Assembly (NCBI GenBank): GCA_946965045.2 | Contig: OX337236.1 | Span: 1,674,001 to 1,738,000 of the forward strand | DNA from: Epithemia pelagica | Taxonomy: Eukaryota > Protista > Bacillariophyta | DNA: 64,000 nt | Direction of reading: 5' to 3' | Shown here: positions 23,189 through 33,696 of the stretch, piece after piece | How positions within the stretch are numbered: position 1 is the stretch's first letter | How the letters are laid out: each line of letters begins with the position of its first letter | Translations under genes and position numbers: made by a program | Notes under the pieces: model-generated | What the model saw: only the letters and a program-made list of their open reading frames with translations | What the model was told of the DNA's origin: nothing | Database searches by the model: none

Positions 23189-24128
23189 CTCCTTGGATGG
23201 TTGGTTGCATGGTCAAAGCCATCGATCGTCCAACATACAAGAGTGCATCCTTGGATGCAGGTATTGCCACCACAACGGGGGGACAGACGATAAACTAAAT
23301 TCTTAGTACCGAGGACAAAGTTGGGTGTCCATAGAATGTGTCTTGTTTTTCTACTTAAGAGGAGTCATTCCGGGGGATGACGAATACTTTGGAGCGTCGG
23401 GTGAGCATTCTAGTAGCCGGCATGGAAATTTTGATGAGAGGCACGCGTGGGACGAAAAATTGGTACCGGTAGTGGTCGTATTGTCTTCGGGGGTATATGC
23501 ACAATGCGGTTGGAATTGGGATTGGGGACAGACCATGGACAATGGACATGATACGCACTCTGCCATTTGAGCGAAAGGGACAAACGACAACGACCAACAC
23601 ACCCACCAAAGACATTGAGCTGACGAACATGCACCTGCCGTAGCCCAAAGCAAAGAGCGGGAAAGGACCAAGTCGAACAGTAAACAACAGTAAAAAATTG
23701 GGAACTCCGTCTCTCGTATTGAATGAGCCACAAATGTCAAAATAGCCTGTTCTGTTGTGAAGTCCCTGTTGAGACCGCCCAGGAAAAAGCGCCTTTCATC
23801 AGCTCACAGATCCATCTTTCGCCGTAAACAAGATGGAAGTACCTACGACGTGATAGATTGAAACACCTCAAGCATCTGACATGGAGAACAAGTAGCGATC
23901 AGTCAGACCAGGAGTGGGGATAGCAACTGCATGTTGATGCTGCCGTCCTGGATCTTGGTTCATCTTGTGTTCTGGAAATTGGTCGATGGACCATTATTTT
24001 GTGTGCTGATCTTTCATCTCGGTTTGTCACCTCGCTCTGGAAGCAAAACTGGCCGCCACCAATGTCTATCGTATCTCATTCTATTGTACTCGGCTTATGA
24101 TGCTTAAAATTCATACTTAGTAGCAATA

Positions 24129-25445
24129 CCCTCGGTATCAGTGTCCACTGCTTAGCTGTTTTTTGTCTGTGCCACCTTCACAGGTTCCCAAGTGGACACA
24201 GACAGTATTTTTCGTTTTTCGTCTGTCTGTCTAACCATTAAAATTCCTCAGGGTTGAAGCAAGGCCAGCGTGCAAGTGACAGTTGACGGTTGGTGGTTGT
24301 CCTCGCCGGGTCACCACGATTCAAATTTGGGCATCCATCATCATCTCGACACCTGTCACAAAAACCCAAAACCGAGCCAAATGCTTGACCATGACGTGGG
24401 TGAGTACTTATCTTGTTGTCTCTTTTCCCTTTTTCTCACGCATCACTGCTGCAGCTGTCTTTCCTATTGTTCTTGCATGATCCTTTACTTTTGTCTCATT
24501 TTGTACGAGTAGATGACAAGCCGCCAGATGTCAACTGGAATATCTTTTCCTTGCCGTAATTGTTTGTTGTTTGATTTTTTTTGGCTACTGTCATATGCTC
24601 TATAGGATAGATTATTCTCTCTCGTCTCTCATCATAGCGTCATTCTCAATCATTTCTCAACGATGTTGTTTTTGCATCAAATAGATGGGAAGCCATCTTG
24701 CCATACCCTACTGACCAATTATCATATCCTACCTAGGTAGGTAGTCGACACAGAGTGCTCAAAGTGAGCGGTACAAGCTTGTGAGAGCTGTTCTGTTGTG
24801 TTTTCATAGCGAAACTGAGGGTCATCATCGTGCTCACAACAAAGAACAAAGCTGCAACGAATTCACAAGGCTCAAAAGTCTCATGGATGACAAGCACTGG
24901 CGTTCTACTACTAGTAAATAAACAAAAGAATATCTAGAGTATAGAGTTTTTTTAATGCAATCAAAGTTATGGCGCTCAGCAAAAACCAGTCATTTCTGTT
25001 CGACAAGAATGAACAATGAGAGTAATGAGCTGCCCAGCGACTAAACAGATGAGTAGCGTCTCCCACGAGCAGAGCAAACAAAAGTGGCAATTGGTAGTGA
25101 GCATGAGTGATGTCATTGACAACATGGCAATTGGCAATGGATCAAGCTCACCTGGAAAGCCAGTAACATTCGTAAGCAGTAAGTACGATGTCCTTTGGCA
25201 AAAGAAAAGAGAATTGTGAGCTTGCCCCGAATTATGCAACAACCAACCGTCATCCACGCAGGGGACGCTTGCTGGGCTTGCGTCCGTTTCAAACGTCGAA
25301 AAGTTCAGCTGGGCATGCGTGCTAATTTGCAATTTGATAATTTCTATTTGTATCAAAAGCGAAAAATGCTGTCTGTGTCCACTTGGGAACCTGTGAAGGT
25401 GGCACAGACAAAAAACAGCTAAGCAGTGGACACTGATACCGAGGG
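24129..25445. mobile_element. Non-autonomous DNA transposon, 1317 bp, with 77-bp perfect terminal inverted repeats starting CCCTCGG
   Basis: 24129-24205 is the exact reverse complement of 25369-25445; the match continues about 14 bp further with 2 mismatches. No recognisable transposase inside and no target-site duplication. Confidence 0.85.
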
Positions 25446-26237
25446 ATCTGTTTTGTTTCGCTTAGTCTCTTCTAGTAGAAAGGATCAGCTTTTGTGTGTG
25501 CTCGTTCAAGCTAAATATATATCTTGGATACTTTTTCTTGCGTCTGTCACATCCATACTGTTTGAGATCATAGTGGATGAAAAGTGACCATTTCTTAGCG
25601 GTTATCTTCATTATTTTTGAAAAAAGGATTTAAATAAATACGACTTAAAATTCTAGGTTGTATCTTGACTGGCCGGCTCGCGCAATCCCAACCGAAAACG
25701 GGAAACGGGGGATTGACGATGCTCGCTCGCCCTCCGGGTGCGAAAGTTTGAACGGCACCAAATCCTCTTGCTTGTGTGTCCCGTAACCGGGTCCAGGCAG
25801 CGAGCACCGACCCCATCACACGCGCAGAGCCCGAGAGCAGGAACAAGGCCGCTTGCATTCTTCCTTCTGTTTGCTCTTTTGTCTGTCAAGTAGGGAGCAC
25901 GCCTTTGGTAGATGTGTGTGTAGGGGGTTTTGTTCCATCTCTCTTTTCTGGTAGCTTTTTGTATTCGGATGGTGGACGGTGTCGACAGTGGTAAACGCAA
26001 GGAAACTACAACAACAACAACAATACACAGATCATCATTATCATTGTAAAACTGCTGCAGTGGTGGTGTGGATCGATCCAGGGCAGCAATCTTTGCGACG
26101 GTGGTATTTTTTGTTTGGGGGGCAAGAGGAATCGATTTTCCGGGAAACAGGGCCAACGCAGTATTGAAACAACAACAACTAACTACTACGAAACGAACCA
26201 ACAAGGCTGGCGGCTTGAACATTGAACGAGTGACAGG

Positions 26238-28238
26238 ATGGCGCGTGGCATGTTTGGACGGTTTCGTGGCAGTCGAAGGAATTCCTTGCCAGTCGAAGCC
26301 GCGACGCAACCAACCAGACCCTCGGGGAAGCGAATGTCGTTGCAGGGTTCGTCGAGAAAGTCCACAACATCCCACGTCCCCCTCGTCAGTCCCACCAAAA
26401 GCGTCGATACGGAAGCCAGTGTCGTGAGTCGCAAAAAGAGCAGCAAAAGCAGCAACAACCATGCCTCCTCCTCCAAGAGAATACTGGGGAATCCAAGTAT
26501 ACGGAAACGACATGCCCGACGAAACTCATTTGGGGATGCGTCGTTGAGTGCTACTGCCAGTGTGTCCGATATCAGCACGGGTGCTCGGCCTCGATCGGGT
26601 CGCTATGGACGAAGTTCCAGACGGAGCAGTCGGAGGTCACCGGAAATACTCGAAGAAGAAAAGAAGGAAATCCCCAGTGAAGGAGAAGAGGAAGGAGAAC
26701 AAGACGATGACTTTTTCCACAGTCCAGAATTTCGTAATCGAGTGGCTCACGAAGCCGCCGATCTCGATAAGGAGGGGAATTCCTTTTTTGAACGTGGGGA
26801 CTATGACCAAGCATTTCTGAGCTATGAAAGAGCGCTGAAACTCAAACGAGCGTCCTTGCAAGTCGATAAAAAGGCTGGGTCGTACGATATGCTGACGGAA
26901 ACCGAATCCCAAAAGGCTAGCATTTTGGCTTCAGTTGCCACCTCCATTAACAACATGACCTATCTGCGGCAGCGAGCGGGGCAAGCAAGTGCCGATGAGA
27001 CCATGGCCGCCTATCTCAAATCCTTGCAAATAAAACGAGAAATTCTGGGGCCCAATCACTTGTCGGTGGGGAAAACGCTGAACAATATTGGTTCCGTGTT
27101 TTACTTGAAAAAGGAATTTGTTCCGGCACTCAAGGCCTATGAAAACGCATACGAGATCATGGCGGAGCAACTGGGGGGAACCCATTTGGACGTGGGTACG
27201 GTGCTTTCCAACATTGGCGATGTGCACACCGCATTGCTGGATAAGAGGAAAGCGCTCGAATACTACAAGAAAGCGCTGGATATTCGATGGGCACAACTGG
27301 GACGTAACGATCCAAAGGTGGTCCGGCTCATGGAACAAACCGCCTCGCTGGAAACGGGGAAACAACCACGCAAAGATGTGGAATCGGACAGCGAAGATGA
27401 AGAGTTTGCCGAACAAGACCGCGAGCGGCAACGGGTCTTTAAAGAAGAGTGTCACGCGTTACAGGAAGAACTGGTGGAAGATATTCGATTCTTTGATTTG
27501 GTGGAACGAACCATGGCCATTGAACTTGTCCAACAAAAAACCAAGTTTATGCGGACGGTACGTTCCATGAAACAGGACGAGGATGATGAAGCCGTCCAGC
27601 ACGACGGTAATGCCAGTGCCGAGTTTGCAGTAGCGGAGGACGCGTCGGACGATGATTCTTCCATTTCTGTCATGTCGGCCCCACCGGATCTGGATGCCAA
27701 ATCCAAAGGGGAGACACCCGAGGTATTGGCCTTTTTGCATGAAATTGGTGCCGATAAGCAAAGTCCCCCGCGACGAACCAAGCCCAAAGTAAAACCGTTG
27801 CAACAGTTACCCGTTTCCCCAATCAACACAAAAACGCCACCAGATCCCATGACACCTCCTGCGTCTTCCTTTGCGACGGTCAGGGATGCGGCAGTTGTTG
27901 CGGCATCGCCACAAGACAGTTCCGTGGCAACTCCTCAAGCGGTTCAAGAAGACGATGAGAGCCTCTCACCTCGGGCAAGACGACGATTATTTCCCGTTCA
28001 CCCTCGTCATCGGTCCAAATCGGCGGCCTGTCTGACACCCGAGGAACGGAGAGTGGCCCTGTTGACCGTGCAAGAGCGTGTCGCTCTTCTCAAGTCGAAA
28101 CGGCAACTGGAAATAGATCAGGACGGTGGTGTGGATCCAAGGGTGGCCAGAAAACAGGATCTGATTCAACAACGACGGAAACTCTACTTGGAGGCCACCA
28201 AAAGCCAACGCATGCCCCACGACGATCCTCCTCATTAA
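26238..28238 (+). CDS. TPR-repeat protein (kinesin-light-chain-like TPRs) with disordered termini
   Basis: Successive TPR-like repeats (EGNSFFERGDYDQAFLSYERAL; SVGKTLNNIGSVFYLKKEFVPALKAYENA; DVGTVLSNIGDVH...ALEYYKKAL). Confidence 0.85.
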   Translation: MARGMFGRFRGSRRNSLPVEAATQPTRPSGKRMSLQGSSRKSTTSHVPLVSPTKSVDTEASVVSRKKSSKSSNNHASSSKRILGNPSIRKRHARRNSFGDASLSATASVSDISTGARPRSGRYGRSSRRSSRRSPEILEEEKKEIPSEGEEEGEQDDDFFHSPEFRNRVAHEAADLDKEGNSFFERGDYDQAFLSYERALKLKRASLQVDKKAGSYDMLTETESQKASILASVATSINNMTYLRQRAGQASADETMAAYLKSLQIKREILGPNHLSVGKTLNNIGSVFYLKKEFVPALKAYENAYEIMAEQLGGTHLDVGTVLSNIGDVHTALLDKRKALEYYKKALDIRWAQLGRNDPKVVRLMEQTASLETGKQPRKDVESDSEDEEFAEQDRERQRVFKEECHALQEELVEDIRFFDLVERTMAIELVQQKTKFMRTVRSMKQDEDDEAVQHDGNASAEFAVAEDASDDDSSISVMSAPPDLDAKSKGETPEVLAFLHEIGADKQSPPRRTKPKVKPLQQLPVSPINTKTPPDPMTPPASSFATVRDAAVVAASPQDSSVATPQAVQEDDESLSPRARRRLFPVHPRHRSKSAACLTPEERRVALLTVQERVALLKSKRQLEIDQDGGVDPRVARKQDLIQQRRKLYLEATKSQRMPHDDPPH

Positions 28239-28750
28239 GAATCGGGGTTGTGTTCTGGTGGGGGCTGTGCCGAGCATCCTGGAAACCGACAAGGGGAAAT
28301 TGTCATTTGCAGTTTTGGCTGGGTCATATTTGTGCGACTTTACAATTGCGCGAGGAATACTCCTCCCTGAAAGATGTGCCGCCAATTGACGCGCGAATGC
28401 GACTGACGACCAATACGTTTTCCTGCACATACCGAAATTGTCCGAAAGCCATGGAGTACTCAGATACTACTTGCTCTTAGAACAAGCACAATGGCGGGCT
28501 AGATAATGAGGAATAACATCTAAGAATAGATGGTTTATGTCGTCTATTATTGAAAGCCTTTTCCAAAGTTTTTTTATTGTACTTTGTACAACATGCGAAA
28601 GTGCTGGGAGTTAGAATACAGCACCTCAAAGGCCACGGAAGGAAACAAAATAGGGGATAACAAGACTTGGCGTTTTTATACCTATCCCTTGTTCAAAAGG
28701 TTCTTACGAAAGGCAGAATAAAATAAAAGACGAATGAGGTGCCACTTTTG

Positions 28751-30977
28751 CTAAGCAATTCTTCGTCTCTTGTTTGACGGTCCCTCTTGGTCCTTGTTTG
28801 ATTGAATGCCGATCCAACCGAGTAAGAACTTTGAGGCCTTGGATGCCAAGGTTTCTTTTTGGGCATTGGGCGAGAGTCCAAGCTCAACATTGCGCAAGTG
28901 TTCTTCAAAGGTAATGACAATGGCATCGGCAAACCGTCGCTTCAAGGCATCCTCGACCAGTTGTCCATTCTCTGCAATAATGGCTTCCTCATTGGTTCCA
29001 CCATTGTTTGGTCGACACACGGCCACCATAAAGGTTGCATCGTCAATCCAAATGATTTCAAAGTTTACTCTCCGCCCCTGTGATTCACAAAAACGAGAAA
29101 CGCCATGAAAAATATCTCGTGTCGTCACACTGGAGTTGATGCCCAGCACCCGATAGATTGAACTGCCCTGGTATCCATACGACAATGGGTCTTTCTCGCC
29201 GTCTTCCAAATCGAGATTGAACATGGACATTTGGTACAACAGGTTCCGTCCAAAAGATTTTCGAATCTGAGGGTCCAATACCGGTGCCAACAGATTCTCG
29301 AGAGGGCCCACTTGAGGTTCCGCAACCACTCCACTGCTGTGGGCGGCCCCGGCGTTACTACTTTGGTCCGTCGTGCGAAGAATGTACTCACAAAGTCCCA
29401 AGAAGCATGTACCTGTCATAAAGGCATCATAGTCCGCAAAGTGTTCCTCCTCGGGGAGGGAGTTGGAAGCCTGTTCTGTCGTTCCTCCTCCATTCTCTGG
29501 CGTCGTTGGCTGAAGCGCCTTTATGGTCCCACCCAGACGGTCTTTGATACGCTGATAGAGGACTCCCAAACGAGTATTTTCACGAAGCATGGTGGGGCCA
29601 TATTCCAGAGCCATAATCTTTGTGTCATAAATGACTGGAAAATACTTTCGAATCAGGTGTTTGCATTCCGTCAAGGTATCTGGTAGCTGAGGACATACAA
29701 AGTGCGAAAGCAAAAAGCACAAGTCCATAAAGCCATTGTGTACAATGATTGGTATTTTCCGTTCCTTCGGTCCTCGATACAAGGAAAGTTCCTTGTCAAA
29801 ATCAATATCGTCGACCGAGGGAGCCAAGAGGGCCGAGTCGCGTTCCAACGAAAAGCCTCGTGCAACTTGGGACAGGGCATGAAAGATGCGATACAATCCA
29901 ACCTGTTCGACAATCAGATTGTTCCAAGCTTCCTTTTGTAATCGCAATTCTCGACGCTCCTTTTCTTCGTCCGACAACCGCAGAACGCGAATGCGATGCG
30001 AGTTGGGTGCCTTTTCGAGAATGAGACTGGGATACTCTTTTTGGATACTTTCGTACAAGGCGCGACGCAAGAACGCATTGCAATCGGGCATTAAGAAGCA
30101 TGTGCCCTCCTCAACCTTTTCTTCCTGTTGATCCTCCGGAGGAACTGGAGAATCGAGCCATCCACGCAAGCCTGCCATGGCTCGACTGAAAAAATCCAAA
30201 TCGTCGGTGCGGGTGAGGCGGACATGACGTCTCGAGACATCTTCCGTGGTGGGTTGTTTCTCGGCATCTCGCTTGGCTGCGACGGCCGCCGAATGCTGTT
30301 TCAAATAATGTTTGAGTGTATCATCGGCTTTTGCATGTGTTTGAAAGGGAATTCCCTCCTTGGTCCATTGGTCAAACGAAATGTTGTGTTGATGTAAAAA
30401 GGCCACAGTCGATGGATTCAAGACGACACTGCGATCCGAGTCCTTGGAAGGAAACGAAAAGAAGTTGTAGCGACGAACCGTCCAATCCGGTGATGCCGCA
30501 GCCTCGTTGGTTGCACCATTCGATTCACTACTGGGACGGGAATTGGTGGTGTCCTCACGAGGGGTAGAGCGACTGCTATTCGTGTCTGTGGATGTCGCAG
30601 CCGCACGTTGTTGTGGCCCAGAGGCGTTGGCCGCAGAGGTTCCTCCGGTGTAATGAAAGAGCGAGATACCAAATTGAATAATGGAGTAGGTTTCCGGAAC
30701 CTTTTTGAGTTCGTCATACTGTTTACTGGGAGGTTCGTCTTTGGGTGCCCGTCGTCCATTGTTGGGCAAAAAGATACCAGTCATTTCCTCATCCACGGCA
30801 ACAAAGGCTGCCGTTGGCAAATGAGCCAGCAAGTCATTGCTTTGCTGCACACACCAAAAAGCAGAGAGGGAGGCAAAGCCAGCCGACCGTGAGGTTCTCG
30901 ACAGCCCGCACTACAGTGCCCATGGATATGGTTCTGGCACGTACCTCAATAAAGTTGCTCTTTGTCACGACCACCAT
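28751..30977 (-). CDS. PARN: PARN-like CAF1-family DEDD deadenylase; exon 30945-30977, intron 30845-30944
   Basis: Spliced start MVVVTKSNFIE|QSNDLL resembles the PARN N-terminus; catalytic motifs DEEMTG, HNGFMDL, HFADYDAFMTG; R3H-like CNAFLRRALYE segment. Confidence 0.85.
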
Positions 30978-31484
30978 GTTCAATCCAAGCAACAATCAAT
31001 GTCTCTCAGATTCAAACGACAATCAAACACTAGCATACACGCAAAGAAAATCAGTGCCGAAAGGCCCACACCAATTTCAGTCTTTGACGTGAAGATACAG
31101 GAGGTCGACGGTGATGGACGCTTTGTCGATCTTTCGACAGTTCTCCAAGGAAGATCTTCGCTTCTTGCCGCTTTCCGATGCTGGTGATGCTTGTCAACAA
31201 ACGTTTAGAGGTCGATCTTCCTTTCCATACACACAAAGATACAAAGATGTTGTGTGGATCGCTTCCAACCAACGAACAAAATCTGTTGCAGAAAAAATGT
31301 GACACCGCGAGAAACGCCGGAGGAGGAACTCTCCACGGGATGACCGGCTGGGGATGACCTTATGAAACGCGATCCAAGAGCGACCTAATTTATGCGACCT
31401 CAGCGACACGCGGCGTCATCCGCCAAATCGCCCAGCAGATACATCGTCAATCGTCAATCCATCACAATCACATCTCTCGTCCTC

Positions 31485-31532
31485 GGGTTTCAAGGGTTGG
31501 GTTTCAAGGGTTGGGTTTCAAGGGTTGGGTTT
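31485..31532 (+). repeat. Tandem repeat GGGTTTCAAGGGTT x3.4
   Basis: Exact 14-bp units at 31485, 31499 and 31513, plus a partial GGGTTT. Confidence 0.95.
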
Positions 31533-31585
31533 GCCCAATGGATAAAGACAAGCAACAGAAAAACGAGAAACGATAATAGGGAAAC

Positions 31586-32815
31586 ATGAATTGGTCAAGG
31601 TACATTGTAATTTTCTGGCTCGTCTCCGTTGCCATTGTTGTACGCGATGGAAGGAATGCACCTCCGTTGATGGGTGTAAAGGCACTGGATTGGTCCGACT
31701 GGGCCACGTCGGTCGTCATGGGTAGTTCCTCTGATGCTTCACCGGGTGGCGTGGCAGAAACCTTGTCCATGGAAGAGATCATGGAGATGCGAGTCCGTGA
31801 TCTGAAACGGAGATTGGCGCGTCAACATGGCTATTCGGCCGAAGAACTGGGACGAATGATTGATAAGAAGGAGTTGATTCAAGCCTTGGCCTTTGAAGAG
31901 GAAAAGGTGCGACTCGAATCCGTCCAGGCATTGCAACGAACCGTCTTGCACCGTGGAATTCTGTGGGCCCTTGTGGCGATTGTAATTACCATCCTTTGGC
32001 CCGTCATTCAACAGGGGAAGGATGTGCTCATGGTCAACGTTGTCGTTTATACCGATCGAAAAACCCATGAAGTCAAACGGTGTTGGGAACTCCATTCTCC
32101 CTTGGCCGCTGTGGGCGTCGCAATCATGCTGGTTTTGGATTTATTGCAAGCATGGTTGTACTTATCGGTGCTACTGTCTTGGTTTATTTCGCGGAATGCC
32201 TACTTTTTCCCCATTCCTAACATTCCCATTCGACCCGCTGATTTTATGGGGGGAGATGCTCGCAAGGCCTTTGGTGGATATGGTATCAACGTTGGATCCA
32301 TGGCTGTCACATGGGGTTTACGGTTTGTACATGGCCGCGTCGAAGGATGGACGGGAAGAGTCATGTTGAAGGCGCAAAAGAAGCTTCGGAAGGAAGAAAA
32401 AAGACAGCAAAAACAACAACAAAAGCAGCAGCAACAACAACAATCAAGAAGTCGAAACATCCCCTCAACGACAGCCAATGCATCTCATCAAGACTCAACA
32501 TTCCAGCCTCAACAAGGAACTTTCCATGACGAATCTGCCACTGCACAAAACAGACCTCCGTCTTCCTTGCCTCCTCAGTGGATGGAACCGATCATTGTAC
32601 AAGAGGAGGAGTTGGTCCCCATTGTGGATGCCGTTACATCCGACACGTTTGCTGCTCAACCACCAACGCGCCCCAATGGACAAGCCAACCCTCCTGTTCC
32701 TGTGAGCGATACACATCGAAACTTTCTGCAAGAGCTGGAAACAAATAACAGCAATACAAGGATGGGCACGGTCGACGAGACGGATTGGGACGATGTCATG
32801 GGTGAACTCGACTGA
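31586..32815 (+). CDS. Hypothetical membrane protein with signal peptide, SAP/HeH-like helix pair and poly-Q tail
   Basis: Hydrophobic N-terminus; MRVRDLKRRLARQHGY...DKKELIQAL motif; about 3-4 hydrophobic segments; K/Q-rich then P-rich C-terminus. Confidence 0.75.
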   Translation: MNWSRYIVIFWLVSVAIVVRDGRNAPPLMGVKALDWSDWATSVVMGSSSDASPGGVAETLSMEEIMEMRVRDLKRRLARQHGYSAEELGRMIDKKELIQALAFEEEKVRLESVQALQRTVLHRGILWALVAIVITILWPVIQQGKDVLMVNVVVYTDRKTHEVKRCWELHSPLAAVGVAIMLVLDLLQAWLYLSVLLSWFISRNAYFFPIPNIPIRPADFMGGDARKAFGGYGINVGSMAVTWGLRFVHGRVEGWTGRVMLKAQKKLRKEEKRQQKQQQKQQQQQQSRSRNIPSTTANASHQDSTFQPQQGTFHDESATAQNRPPSSLPPQWMEPIIVQEEELVPIVDAVTSDTFAAQPPTRPNGQANPPVPVSDTHRNFLQELETNNSNTRMGTVDETDWDDVMGELD

Positions 32816-33696
32816 ACGAATCTTGGGATATGCAAACAAGGTGACAGAAACGCTGCAAGAACCTTCTTTGGTACTGTGTACAGAGCTCTTTTTCGCCTGA
32901 GTTTCGGGTTTGAGATTCTACGGGACCAAAAACCAGACGAGCCGCTACTAATTCATGGCATCCTGAAGGAGGGACTTGGCAATTATCCTTGTTGCAGTTA
33001 CCAATGGATGCCGGGATACCATAGGGATGTCTTGCGGCTGGTAGAGCAATCGCCCGTAAATTGTTACGGGAAGGTATCCTGGAAGGGTTATACCCCTTCT
33101 CAGCATGGACAACCCTAGTTTGCATTAAAGAGAGTTCTAAATGAATGGGAAGTGTTGCATATGACAACGCAATCATAGCTGATCTCAGACACAGGGACAC
33201 AAGACATTACTCTCTTGTGATGTAAGACTCAGCACTCCTCTAATCTCACATCTCAACATAGGCAATCAAGTTGGCTTTTTATGCTTCCTTCAGTACTACG
33301 CGATAGTGTCTCCATTGGCCTGGTCCACCATCAGGTCCAGCGAATTCCTACGTCAAAGTTTACTTGACACTCTTGAAACAACGCAGGATAAGAGGGACGG
33401 ACAAACATTCGATTCGACTGCATGATGGGCGATTCATTGCCATCTGAGCATACCAAACAGTTTCCATCATCATCACTTCTCCAAATGGCCATTGTCGCCG
33501 TCGGAATCATTTTTTGAGCAAACCTAACAAAGGCGGCGGCTAAACTACCCACTCCTCTCCAGAACTACCTCTCTCCAGCACCTAACTACTCCGATAGAGA
33601 GTAAGCTTGAGCTCTAGCTTAGAGAGGATGGGCAGAACGTCTCCTCCTCGGTCGGTCATGTCTTGCCGAAGATGATCGAAATAAAGCAGAGACAAG

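Noticed and set aside
23200-24128. Several 80-130 aa ORFs upstream of the partner gene, including an AVLDLGS...VLEIG SAM-like word
   Set aside because: Short, mutually overlapping, without start context or further methyltransferase motifs; likely chance.
17800-25575. CACTATC at 17800 and CATAGTG at 25569-25575 as Transib/RSS-like heptamer ends of the RAG1-like element
   Set aside because: Similarity stops after 6 bp, no nonamer-like block follows, and the flanks (GGTCC versus GATGA) give no 5-bp TSD. The element's ends remain unidentified.
25653-26513. 286-aa minus-strand ORF and other short ORFs overlapping the TPR gene 5' region
   Set aside because: Low-complexity antisense/UTR-derived frames with no domain signal.
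32820-33560. Short minus-strand ORFs between the membrane-protein gene and DHX35
   Set aside because: No consistent splice model or recognisable motif.
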